DNA of 33,542 nucleotides from an uncultured Candidatus Saccharibacteria bacterium (GTDB lineage: Bacteria; Patescibacteriota; Saccharimonadia; Saccharimonadales; UBA4665). Made by a program: the position numbers and the translations under genes. The notes beneath the pieces are model-generated. The model saw only the letters and a list, made by a program, of their open reading frames with translations, was not told the origin of the DNA and did no database searches. Shown here piece by piece: positions 25,000 through 33,542 of the stretch (position 1 is the stretch's first letter; every line of letters begins with the position of its first letter). The DNA lies in assembly GCA_964440265.1 (NCBI GenBank), contig CAYTRU010000001.1, positions 1 to 33,542 of the forward strand. The letters are read 5' to 3'.

Positions 25000-25555
25000 G
25001 GCCGCCCGTTCTGTGCTCCTTGCGCAGATCAGTTTATTTGCCGCGGCGGCCATTTGCTATGCTTTGGTGCCACAATATTTAGGCAAAGGTGGTGGGGCGA
25101 GTAATTACGGCGTACATCGGGAAACAATAGCTTTTTATAGCCTGGGACTAATCGGTTGTGGACTCTGCTTAGCTATGGCCGCCCGATCCTTGTTGTCGGC
25201 TACACCTACGGCAACGGCTCTCGCTAGGGCGTTACGCACACTAGCAATCCTCTTCATTCTAGTTTTGCTCAGTACATATCCTTATAAACTGAGTGCAACA
25301 TTAGACTTGCTACATATGGCTGTTACCATATTGCTGTTTGTCTATGAAATTAGCCTAGGCATTTGGCTGGTTAGTCGACTGAGCAGAAACATACCTAGCA
25401 GTTTATTACTGGCAGGTCAGTTAACCGGTTCGCTCTTTGCGCTACTCAGTCTATTGGGAAAAGTACACTTGTTGTTTCCAGCCGAAGCGGTAGCGGCGCT
25501 GTTTTTCGGCGGATTACTAGTCAGAGTTACCGCTCAAGCTGAGTCTTCAGCCTAA
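24989..25555 (+). CDS. Hypothetical polytopic membrane protein
   Basis: The 188-aa product has 5-6 hydrophobic helices. Its ATG overlaps the end of eno by 11 nt. Confidence 0.6.
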   Translation: MQHKAARSVLLAQISLFAAAAICYALVPQYLGKGGGASNYGVHRETIAFYSLGLIGCGLCLAMAARSLLSATPTATALARALRTLAILFILVLLSTYPYKLSATLDLLHMAVTILLFVYEISLGIWLVSRLSRNIPSSLLLAGQLTGSLFALLSLLGKVHLLFPAEAVAALFFGGLLVRVTAQAESSA

Positions 25556-25561
25556 AACAGG

Positions 25562-25837
25562 CTAGCGGTGTTTAGCCTTGAGGGCAACATACGCAGCAAT
25601 AAAAATACACATAACTATGATCGCCATAGCCGTAAGGTTCATATATAACCGCATTCGGCTAGGACGAGAACTGGCTTGCTCTAAAGCTACCCGCTCACGT
25701 ACTGCTTTAGCTAAGGCATCTCCTATGTCGGCATCGGTGATCATAGTCGGCTGATCTTGCCCGACTTCATGAAAGAGGGGCTGGGCCACCGGTCCATCAT
25801 CATAGTTCCAGGCCTGGATTGTAGGCTTACGAGGCAT
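25562..25837 (-). CDS. Hypothetical tail-anchored small protein (91 aa)
   Basis: It has a C-terminal TM helix (LTAMAIIVMCIFIAAYVAL). TATAAT (minus strand, 25851-25846) lies 8 nt before the ATG. Confidence 0.5.
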   Translation of the reverse strand: MPRKPTIQAWNYDDGPVAQPLFHEVGQDQPTMITDADIGDALAKAVRERVALEQASSRPSRMRLYMNLTAMAIIVMCIFIAAYVALKAKHR

Positions 25838-25905
25838 ATCTCTCGATTATATAATAATTACCGCCATGAAAGGGAATTCAGGAGAAAAATGATATCATTA
25901 TAGGT

Positions 25906-27576
25906 ATGAAAAGTGCTGGAGGTATTGCCTTATTGTCTGTCTATAACAAGACTGGCATTGTGGAATTTGCGGATGAACTGGTGCGCCTGGGATGGCAGGT
26001 CTATGCCTCAGGTGGTACAGCTAAGACCGTCTCAGAAGCTGGCATCGTAGTCAATGACATTACAGCCCTAGTTGGTGGCTCAGCCATATTGGGACACCGG
26101 GTAGTTACATTGTCGCGTGAGATCTCAGCCGGCCTGCTAGCCGATAAAGACAGTCCGGAAGACATGGCAGAACTGGCGGCCCTACACCTCCCGGTAATCG
26201 ACCTGGTATGCGTCGATATGTATCCATTAGAGGAGACTATCATGCAGCCGGGCTCTAGGAAACAAGAGGTCATTGATCAGACAGATATCGGTGGCCCGAC
26301 GATGCTACGAGCAGCTGCGAAAGGCCAGCGAATTGTGCTGTCTCACGCCGACCAACGTCAACCTGTCTTGGACTGGCTGAAAGCCGGCAAACCAGATGAA
26401 GCAACTTTCCTCGGCCAATTAGCTGCTCGAGCCGAGTATGAAGTGGCTCGCTATGTCTGGACATCTGCCCATTATCTGAGTGGTCGCACAGTGAGCGGCT
26501 CCGTAGCTCAACTGAGCAGTCCGACAAAGTACGGTGAAAACCCACAGCAAGCCCCAGCCGCCTTTTACGCCGACAACCGCATAGCTGCCGACCCTCTCGG
26601 TCTTGACCAGTTTGAACATGTGCAGGGCATGAAGCGCAGCTTCATCAATATGACTGACATCGACCGCCTGCTGCAGACGGTGACGCATGTCGCGGCCGGC
26701 TTCGCGCGCAACTTTGACGGCGTGCCAGCCATTGCCGTCGGCGTCAAACACGGCAATGCTTGTGGTGCTGCAGTTGCCGAGACAGCCGTTGAAGCTATCC
26801 AGAACATGTTGCTCGGTGACACCCGTGCCATCTTCGGGGGCGTGGTCATGCTGAATGACGAGATTGACAAAGCTGTCGCCGACACCCTAATGCATTTCGC
26901 CATGGAGGGCAAGCGACCCCGTCTGCTTGATGGCGTTATTGGCTCAAGTGTGACCAAAGAAGCCTTAGAGCTCCTCAGTCGCAATAAATTACGCGTTGTA
27001 GTCAATCCAGCCCTGGAAAACTTAGACGAGACCTCGCTCGATACCAAACGCCGCAGCCGACCAGTCCGCGGCGGCACTTTGGAGCAGCCGAACTACGACT
27101 TCATCCTCGACCTACAAGCTGACTACTTAGAACAGCACGGTGAAGCCACCGACCAGCAGCGACGCGACCTAGTTCTGGCCTGGGCCATCGGCTGCACCAG
27201 CAACAGTAACACCATCACACTTGTAAAAAACGGCCAGCTCATCGGCAATGGGGTCGGCCAGCAAGACCGCGTCGGCGCTGCCCAGCTAGCCCTTAGTCGT
27301 ACTACGACCGCTTTACCGACACTGGCAGAGCAGGGCGACAAAATCATTCTCACCATCACCCTCGACAAAGCCAAGCTGGCCGGCGCCAGTGCCTACAGCG
27401 ACAGCTTCTTTCCATTTCCCGATGGCCCCGGTTTGCTGGCCACTGCTGGCATCCGCGCCCTTCTCACTTCTAGTGGCTCTGTGGCTGATGAGATCGTCAT
27501 TCAAAGTCTTGTTAGCCAAAACGTTGTCGTCTTAACCGTCCCTGATAAACTTGCCCGCGGCTTCTACTTGCATTAA
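25906..27576 (+). CDS. purH: Bifunctional AICAR transformylase / IMP cyclohydrolase (divergent N-terminal domain)
   Basis: It has LLSVYNKTGIVEFA, ASGGTAK, DIGGPTMLRAAAK, VGVKHGNACG and SDSFFPFPDG. The extended -10 TGaTATCAT (25890-25898) lies 7 nt before the ATG. Confidence 0.88.
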   Translation: MKSAGGIALLSVYNKTGIVEFADELVRLGWQVYASGGTAKTVSEAGIVVNDITALVGGSAILGHRVVTLSREISAGLLADKDSPEDMAELAALHLPVIDLVCVDMYPLEETIMQPGSRKQEVIDQTDIGGPTMLRAAAKGQRIVLSHADQRQPVLDWLKAGKPDEATFLGQLAARAEYEVARYVWTSAHYLSGRTVSGSVAQLSSPTKYGENPQQAPAAFYADNRIAADPLGLDQFEHVQGMKRSFINMTDIDRLLQTVTHVAAGFARNFDGVPAIAVGVKHGNACGAAVAETAVEAIQNMLLGDTRAIFGGVVMLNDEIDKAVADTLMHFAMEGKRPRLLDGVIGSSVTKEALELLSRNKLRVVVNPALENLDETSLDTKRRSRPVRGGTLEQPNYDFILDLQADYLEQHGEATDQQRRDLVLAWAIGCTSNSNTITLVKNGQLIGNGVGQQDRVGAAQLALSRTTTALPTLAEQGDKIILTITLDKAKLAGASAYSDSFFPFPDGPGLLATAGIRALLTSSGSVADEIVIQSLVSQNVVVLTVPDKLARGFYLH

Positions 27577-27615
27577 ATTATTGTCTAGAAATTTTGTGTT
27601 ATTCTTAAGCCTACC

Positions 27616-28518
27616 ATGGCAATCGAGGAACATGCCCTATCTCAACCTGAAGCTAGGGGCTGTGTGTACGCCTGCTTGGCAGCAGAAGATGTTGGTACGG
27701 CAGTTCTAGAGTTGGTCGGCGACCTAGCTGCAGCTACTGACCCTGATGTCCTGAAGATAGCAGAATATGCCTTGCTCAAAAGACCGATTAATAACGGCCT
27801 AAAACGATACCTTGATGCCTCAGATGAAGGACCCGGTGGTACGCTAACACCTACTGATCTGCAGACTCAGGTTAGTAGAGAAGTTGATCGCTACGCCCAA
27901 CAGGAGCTATGGCAAGACCCAAATCATGGATTGCTAGCCAAGATCAACCTGCGAAGAGTCGAAATATACAGAGATCAAGAAAGAAGAGAGACAATACTGG
28001 GTACGACGCAGAAAGTTACACGTGCAGTAACCAGCTCCACAATAGCCTTATATGATGCCGCTGTGGTGAACGCGGCAGTTATTCATCAAGCCGGGGGGAT
28101 GGTCGAGCATCCACGTCAAGTTTTCATTGCTGCCGTGAAAGCCGACAGCTCTTTACCGCGGGCCATGACACGCATTCATCTTCAGCAAGTACGGGCAACA
28201 GATGCAAGCGTGACCAGATTAAGCACGAGTAAGCTTTCAGGCACGCCTGGATGGAATGAAGAGGCTCTGGTAGGCGACGGAATAAAGGGGGCAAAATTAA
28301 AGACACCGCTTGCAACATGGATTAATGCTAAAGATTTATTAAATGCCTGGGTACCACACTCGACAGGTACGGAGTCAGAAATCGATGACATCGCATTATC
28401 TGATGTGACTATTGGTTGCTTGATATCTTTCGAGCCGCAATTAGTGACAGGCTACTATCGACATCTTGTAGATTTAATTGAACGACACTCGGCTTGGCCG
28501 GTTGAATTAAGAGCGTAA
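27616..28518 (+). CDS. Hypothetical protein (300 aa)
   Basis: A long open frame with ordinary amino-acid composition. I recognised no motif. Confidence 0.55.
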   Translation: MAIEEHALSQPEARGCVYACLAAEDVGTAVLELVGDLAAATDPDVLKIAEYALLKRPINNGLKRYLDASDEGPGGTLTPTDLQTQVSREVDRYAQQELWQDPNHGLLAKINLRRVEIYRDQERRETILGTTQKVTRAVTSSTIALYDAAVVNAAVIHQAGGMVEHPRQVFIAAVKADSSLPRAMTRIHLQQVRATDASVTRLSTSKLSGTPGWNEEALVGDGIKGAKLKTPLATWINAKDLLNAWVPHSTGTESEIDDIALSDVTIGCLISFEPQLVTGYYRHLVDLIERHSAWPVELRA

Positions 28519-28544
28519 TGGCACGTCATATGCCTCTCTAGCTA

Positions 28545-29570
28545 CTAGTACGGACGGTCTTGCTCGAAAGCTTCAGACCATTGGCCTTTGCTAGCGAGAC
28601 TGTTGGCCTCTAAGCGGTGCAGGTAAGCGGCGCGTGCCTTATCAGGATCGCCAGCGGCGTAGAGGGTGAGAACGGGGTTTTGGATAGCACGGCTGTAAGA
28701 GAAACTGAGTGGCCAAGGTGCACCGCCGAGTTTGTTCATGGCATCGAGATGGGCGGTAGCTTCTTCCTCGGACTGTCCGCCGGACAGGAAAACCACGCCA
28801 GCGAGATTGGCCGGGACATTTTCGGTTAGACATTTGAGGGTCTGCTCAGCGACCGTCTGGACGTCGGCACGGGCAGCAGCGTCTTTGCCGGAAAGCACCA
28901 TGCTAGCCTTCAAGATCAGACCTTCTAGCAAAACGTCTTGGTTGGCCAGCGCAGCAAAGAGCGCTTTGAGCGTTTGGGCACTAGCTTCGTAGCAACGTTC
29001 GATGGAGTGGTCGCCGTCAAGTAAGACTTCCGGTTCGACGATAGGCACAATGCCCGCTTCCTGGGCTAGAGCAGCGTAACGAGCCAAGGCATGAGCATTG
29101 GCCTCAATGCAGGCCGCGCTCGGTGCGCTGTCACCGTCAATGGTGATGACCGCCCGCCATTTGGCAAAGCCGGCACCCATGGTCGCATACTCGGCAAAAC
29201 GTTTGCGCAGGCCGTCCAGACCTTCCGTAACTTTTTCGCCTTCGTGCAAGGCTAAATCCTGAGCGCCCATGTCAACTTTGATGCCTGGGATGATGCCTTT
29301 TGTCTTTAGGACCTCTGGGAAGAGGGTTCCAGCCATGTCTTTTTGCCTGATAGTTTCGTCGTAAAGGATTACGCCGCTCAAATACTGCTCGACCCCATCA
29401 CTGGTTAGCAATAACTCCCGGTAGGCACGGCGGCTCTCTTCGGTACACTCCAAGCCAGCGGCCTCAAAGCGTTTACCGACAGTGGAGCTGCTTTCATCCG
29501 CAGCCAGCAGACCTTTACCTACTGCTACCATCGCTTTTGCATTATCTCTCAATTGCTGGTCATATTTCAT
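28545..29570 (-). CDS. fba: Fructose-bisphosphate aldolase, class I
   Basis: It has LLAADESSSTVGKRF, TEESRRAYRELLLT, LSGVILYDETIRQK and FLSGGQSEEEAT. Its ATG overlaps the fbp TGA (ATGA). Confidence 0.9.
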   Translation of the reverse strand: MKYDQQLRDNAKAMVAVGKGLLAADESSSTVGKRFEAAGLECTEESRRAYRELLLTSDGVEQYLSGVILYDETIRQKDMAGTLFPEVLKTKGIIPGIKVDMGAQDLALHEGEKVTEGLDGLRKRFAEYATMGAGFAKWRAVITIDGDSAPSAACIEANAHALARYAALAQEAGIVPIVEPEVLLDGDHSIERCYEASAQTLKALFAALANQDVLLEGLILKASMVLSGKDAAARADVQTVAEQTLKCLTENVPANLAGVVFLSGGQSEEEATAHLDAMNKLGGAPWPLSFSYSRAIQNPVLTLYAAGDPDKARAAYLHRLEANSLASKGQWSEAFEQDRPY

Positions 29571-30553
29571 GTCGTCTCCTTATATAGCTCAACTAACTCT
29601 TTATTGCCGATAATTACTGGCACCCGCTGGTGTAGGGCCGTAGGTACCATATCCAAAATGACCTCCGTGCCGGTACTGGCCGCGCCACCGGCCTGCTCCA
29701 TCAGAAAAGCGATCGGTTTGGCCTCGTAATTGAGCCGCAATTTGGGTTTAAATTTGCCAGCACCGCTGGTATCAAAAGCTGGCATGAAAAAAACGCCGCC
29801 CTTCAGCATATTGCGGTGGAAGTCGCCGACAAAAGCACCAATCCACCTAACTTTGAGGATCTTTTGTTTAATCAGCGCCAGGTAAGCCTGATCGCGCTCG
29901 GCCATAAAGGGTGCGTAGCCTTCGTTGAAACTATAATAGGCGTGCTCGTCGGGCAGCGTCACCCGCGCCTCGCTGAGCAAAAACTCACCCAGATCGACGT
30001 CTAGCGTGAATTCGTGCACTCCGTCGCCCCAGGTAAAGACCAGCATGGTGCTGCTACCGTATAGGACGTATCCAGCCAGTACCTGGTCGCGACCAGCCTG
30101 GAAAAACTGTCGCTCGTCACCAGCCGGCATATCGTCCAGCTTGCGATGGATCGAGAAAATCGTTCCGACACTGACATTGACATCGATATTACTGCTGCCA
30201 TCCAGCGGGTCAAAGGCAATCACATACTTTGCAGCTGGATTCTCCAGGTCGACGACCTGCTCCTCTTCCTCACTGGCCAGCGCCGCAAACAGCCCAGTGC
30301 TTTTCAGGTAGTCTTTACAGAGGTCATTGGTATACACATCCAGCGTCGCTTGGGCTTCGTCTTGTACATTTGTGCTGCCGGCCATGCCGCGGATATCTGC
30401 TAGTCCTGCCCGATTGGTTTGTGACGAAATCAGTTTGCCGATAGTGGCAATATCCGACATCATCATAACTAAATCAAGCTGTTCTGGGTGGCCCTCCAGC
30501 TTTTCCAGCAAGTACTGTTGCAACGTTTTTGGCATGTGTGGCGTGGTTCCCAT
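29567..30553 (-). CDS. fbp: Fructose-1,6-bisphosphatase, class I
   Basis: It has FDPLDGSSNIDVNVSVGTIFSI and YVLYGSSTMLV. By alignment to the typical MKTL N-terminus, ATG 30535 (MPKTLQQYL) is an alternative start. Confidence 0.9.
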   Translation of the reverse strand: MGTTPHMPKTLQQYLLEKLEGHPEQLDLVMMMSDIATIGKLISSQTNRAGLADIRGMAGSTNVQDEAQATLDVYTNDLCKDYLKSTGLFAALASEEEEQVVDLENPAAKYVIAFDPLDGSSNIDVNVSVGTIFSIHRKLDDMPAGDERQFFQAGRDQVLAGYVLYGSSTMLVFTWGDGVHEFTLDVDLGEFLLSEARVTLPDEHAYYSFNEGYAPFMAERDQAYLALIKQKILKVRWIGAFVGDFHRNMLKGGVFFMPAFDTSGAGKFKPKLRLNYEAKPIAFLMEQAGGAASTGTEVILDMVPTALHQRVPVIIGNKELVELYKETT

Positions 30554-30651
30554 TCAACGATTCATTATACTATCTTTGCCAGTTTTTTCAGCTTCATCCC
30601 GCCCCATTTCCAGTTGTTTTTTATATAACACCCTCAGATAGTAGGCCGGGA

Positions 30652-32046
30652 TTAAGATTGCTGCCAGCGGGCGTGGACGGCGCGGGCTTTGGCAGCAGCC
30701 AGGCCCGTATAGTGGGTTTCGGGAGTGGTGATGATAGCTTGTTCGGCAGGGATGAATTTATGCCAGTACTCACTCGCTGCAGGATCGGTGGCAATGGCTT
30801 GAGACAATGACTGGTTAGCCGCAAGCGCTTGGTGGGCCAGGGTCTTGCTGGCTTCGTGGGCAGCGGTATGGCCGTATTTTTCCAGTAGAAGATACAGTGG
30901 CTCAGCGGCGATGGCGCCGGCGCTGAGAGTCAGGTTGCGCCGCATATTGTCGGGGTCTACTTCCAGCTTGGCCATGATGCGGTCCAAGCGCTCCAGCATA
31001 TTGGCCAACAGGGCAGGAACCAGGACGTAGAAGCGGGAATTGGCCGAATCGGTCAGGTCGCGCTGGTGCTCGCTGGCTAGGTTCAGGTTTGCGTTGACAG
31101 ATTGCGCCAAGACTTGTTTGTGCAGGCTGACAATGTTTTCGAAATTCCAAGGGTTGCGTTTGTGGGCCATGGTGGAAGAGCCGGTTTGGCCGTCTTCAAA
31201 TTTTTCACGGACTTCGGCGATTTCGCTGCGCTGCAGGTGGCGCAGGTCATGGCCAATGTTGGCTAGGATACCGGACATTGTTTTCATCTCGTCGATGAGC
31301 CGGACTAGGTTTTCTGGCGGCAGGATTTGGGTGGAATAAGGGGCAGGCTGCAGGCCAAGCCGGGCCAGCAGGCTTGCTTCAAACGCTAGTGGGTCGTCGA
31401 TGAAGACACTGAGCGCATTGTAAGCGCCAACGGCGCCGGAGAATTTACCACGCAGTTCACCAGTCAGCCACTCCAGGCACTGCAAGCTGTAGCCCAGGCG
31501 CTCGACGTACTCGGCGACCGCGAAACCGAAGGTAATCGGCACGGCATGCTGGCCGTGGGTGCGGCCGACCTGCGGAGTATCGGCATACTTCTCTGTCAGA
31601 TCAAGTAGGGTTTTATGTAACCGCTGAGCCCTTGGCAGCAATACCATTTGAACGATGTCACGCATCTGCAGGGCATTGGCTGTGGCAATGATGTCATAGG
31701 ATGTGGCGCCAAAATGCACGTAGGGCTTAGCCTCATCGCTAATGCCGGCCTTGATGCAATTCACCAGGGCTTTGATGTCGTGGCGGGTAGTTTTTTCTTC
31801 GGCGTAGACGTCGGCGGCTTTGACTTGGGCCGCCGCAGCGACGATCTCATCGGCCGCTGTCTTCGGGCAGACCTTGAATTCCGCCAGCGTCAAGGCCAGC
31901 GCCGCCTCGACGTAGGCCTGGTAAGCTACCCGGCTCTCTTCAGACACATAACGAGCGATTTCTGGGTCGTAATAACGGCTGTCGAGCGGGTCGATGCCAC
32001 TGTAATTAGGGGTAGGTGAGGGATCTGGCAACTTGACGGGCTTCAC
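30652..32046 (-). CDS. purB: Adenylosuccinate lyase
   Basis: It has the signature GSSTMAHKRNPWNFEN and a fumarate-lyase fold pattern. The GTG start overlaps the purC TGA (GTGA). Confidence 0.92.
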   Translation of the reverse strand: MKPVKLPDPSPTPNYSGIDPLDSRYYDPEIARYVSEESRVAYQAYVEAALALTLAEFKVCPKTAADEIVAAAAQVKAADVYAEEKTTRHDIKALVNCIKAGISDEAKPYVHFGATSYDIIATANALQMRDIVQMVLLPRAQRLHKTLLDLTEKYADTPQVGRTHGQHAVPITFGFAVAEYVERLGYSLQCLEWLTGELRGKFSGAVGAYNALSVFIDDPLAFEASLLARLGLQPAPYSTQILPPENLVRLIDEMKTMSGILANIGHDLRHLQRSEIAEVREKFEDGQTGSSTMAHKRNPWNFENIVSLHKQVLAQSVNANLNLASEHQRDLTDSANSRFYVLVPALLANMLERLDRIMAKLEVDPDNMRRNLTLSAGAIAAEPLYLLLEKYGHTAAHEASKTLAHQALAANQSLSQAIATDPAASEYWHKFIPAEQAIITTPETHYTGLAAAKARAVHARWQQS

Positions 32047-33005
32047 GCCGCGCTCGTTTCCAGGTACGCCTTGACGTTAGCCTCAATCCGCCCCGGCACA
32101 TTATCAGCTAGCGCTTTGACAAAGTTTTCGCCCGTCATTTCCTCGTATAATTCAATATAGCGCTCAGTCACCATTTGCACAAAATCGTCATCCAGTTCCG
32201 GCATGGTTTCGCCGGGCTGGTTGCGAAAACCGCGCTCCATCAGCCATTCGCGAACAAATTCTTTCGATAAATGCCGCGGGGTAACTTGCTTGTCGCCACC
32301 GACATAAGCGTCGTAACTGTCGGCGTAAAAGTAGCGCGACGAATCAGGCGTGTTGGCTTCGTCAATCAAAATTAAACGGCCATCCAAGCGGCCGAATTCA
32401 TACTTCGTATCAGCTAAGACTAACCCTCTGGCGCGAGCCATTTCCTGGCCACGAGCGAATAATTGGCGAGTGTAATCCTGGAGTTGCTGCCACTCTTCGG
32501 CCGTTGCCAAGCCTTGGGCCAAGATGTCAGCCCCGATAATATCCTCGTCGTGGCCGACGTCAGCCTTGGTCGTCGGGGTGATGAGCGGTTCGGGGAAGGC
32601 GTCGTATTCGCTCAAACCTTCCGGCATCACAGCGCCACAAAGTTCGCGCTTGCCAGCCTGGTACTCCCGCCAGGCATGTCCCACCAGGCAGCCGCGGATG
32701 ACCATTTCGATCATCACTGGTTCTGCCTTGAGGCCGGCGCTAGCGTTGGGGTCAGGCACAGCTTGCAGCCAATTCGGCACAATGTCGCTGGTCTTCTCGA
32801 GGAAATGTGCTGCTAATTGATTCAAGACCTGGCCTTTATAAGGAATGGCCCGTGCCAGGACGATGTCAAAAGCTGAGATCCGGTCAGTCGCAATCATGAC
32901 CAGCCGCTTGTCGCCAATACTGTAGACATCTCGGACTTTGCCGTGATACAGCGCCGTCTGGCCCGGAAATTGAAAATCAGTGGTCGAAATTGCCTGTGTA
33001 CCCAT
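32043..33005 (-). CDS. purC: SAICAR synthetase (long form)
   Basis: It has LYHGKVRDVYS, IATDRISAFD and LADTKYEFG. TATAAT (minus strand, 33019-33014) lies 8 nt before the ATG. Confidence 0.92.
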   Translation of the reverse strand: MGTQAISTTDFQFPGQTALYHGKVRDVYSIGDKRLVMIATDRISAFDIVLARAIPYKGQVLNQLAAHFLEKTSDIVPNWLQAVPDPNASAGLKAEPVMIEMVIRGCLVGHAWREYQAGKRELCGAVMPEGLSEYDAFPEPLITPTTKADVGHDEDIIGADILAQGLATAEEWQQLQDYTRQLFARGQEMARARGLVLADTKYEFGRLDGRLILIDEANTPDSSRYFYADSYDAYVGGDKQVTPRHLSKEFVREWLMERGFRNQPGETMPELDDDFVQMVTERYIELYEEMTGENFVKALADNVPGRIEANVKAYLETSAA

Positions 33006-33073
33006 TACTATGTATTATACGGTATGATTATTGTATTAGGAAAGTGCTTTGCATAATAATTTAGGAGGAATTT

Positions 33074-33542
33074 ATGGCTAATCCCATCGTCGGCATCATA
33101 ATGGGGTCAAAATCAGATCTGGACATCATGTCCGAAGCGGCGAAAGTCCTCGATGACTTAGGCGTAGCCAATGAACTGCGCATCCTTTCAGCCCATCGCA
33201 CACCAGCAGAAATGATCGAGTACATCGCCGGCGCTCAAGAGCGAGGCCTACAAGTAATCATCGCCGGCGCCGGCGGCTCGGCCCACCTGGCCGGAGTGGC
33301 CGCTGCTCACACGCCCCTGCCGGTTTTATCCATACCAGTCAAGCGGGCGGGCCACGACCATGAGGCCTTATTTTCAAACGTCATGATGCCTCCTGGTATC
33401 CCCCTCGCTACTATGCCCGAAAACGGTGGCAAAAATGCCGGTCTGCTAGCCGTCGAAATCTTGGCGCTAAACGATCCTGCTCTGGCTCAACGCTATGCTG
33501 CTTTTCGCCAAAAACAGCACGACAGCGTTCTCGAAACCAACG
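33074..33542 (+). CDS. purE: 5-(carboxyamino)imidazole ribonucleotide mutase, 3' end cut by the window edge
   Basis: AGGAGG lies 5 nt before the ATG. Motifs are GIIMGSKSDLDIM, SAHRTP and IIAGAGGSAHLAG. Confidence 0.88.
   Translation, partial: MANPIVGIIMGSKSDLDIMSEAAKVLDDLGVANELRILSAHRTPAEMIEYIAGAQERGLQVIIAGAGGSAHLAGVAAAHTPLPVLSIPVKRAGHDHEALFSNVMMPPGIPLATMPENGGKNAGLLAVEILALNDPALAQRYAAFRQKQHDSVLETN

Noticed and set aside
26001-27519. Multiple minus-strand ORFs (up to 170 aa) inside purH
   Set aside because: They are antisense to a gene with unambiguous PurH motifs, and their composition is Arg/Ser/Ala-rich.
30001-30824. Cluster of overlapping ORFs on both strands across fbp and the fbp-purB junction
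   Set aside because: All overlap the well-supported fbp or purB frames. None has start signals or motifs.
32463-32820. Two plus-strand ORFs (117 and 98 aa) antisense to purC
   Set aside because: They are shadow ORFs of purC, and I recognised no motifs.

Overview
The window is very gene-dense, with about 40 CDS. Many same-strand neighbours overlap by 4-11 nt, and several convergent pairs share or nearly share their stop codons. I saw no rRNA, tRNA, CRISPR array, transposase or integrase.

Gene content:
- Glycolysis and gluconeogenesis: gpmA and eno (divergent), and fbp-fba (class I aldolase).
- Late purine steps: purE, purC-purB, purH.
- NAD: nadC-nadE.
- Envelope: a sortase divergent from an LVNTG-anchored repeat surface protein, a LysM-Rpf muralytic factor, a SemiSWEET, an orphan AcrB-type RND permease and a DUF2207-like membrane protein.
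- Two stand-alone receiver domains and a stand-alone GAF protein.
- An AT-richer patch at about 3.4-6.3 kb holding small or orphan genes and a gene remnant.

The most unusual locus is 16.0-22.4 kb. A clear homologue of archaeal CDP-archaeol synthase (CarS, PF01864-like) is translationally coupled to a PHP phosphoesterase and a CDP-alcohol phosphatidyltransferase. Divergent from these is a fusion of a second CDP-alcohol phosphatidyltransferase to a DAG-kinase-type lipid kinase, followed by the RND permease. I read this as a candidate self-contained lipid activation and head-group (salvage or remodelling) module. That reading is inference.

A second window-wide signal is a -10 box, often TGn-extended, sitting 6-9 nt upstream of at least 16 start codons. 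This implies many leaderless mRNAs and helped me choose start sites.

Lineage cannot be proven from the window. Actinobacteria-flavoured genes (Rpf, a TIGR03086-type DinB protein, a SpoIIE-type GAF module, leaderless genes) sit beside non-actinobacterial ones (CarS, a short NH3-type NadE, class I aldolase and FBPase) in a very compact genome. This fits a reduced monoderm such as a Saccharibacteria-like episymbiont. That is also inference.
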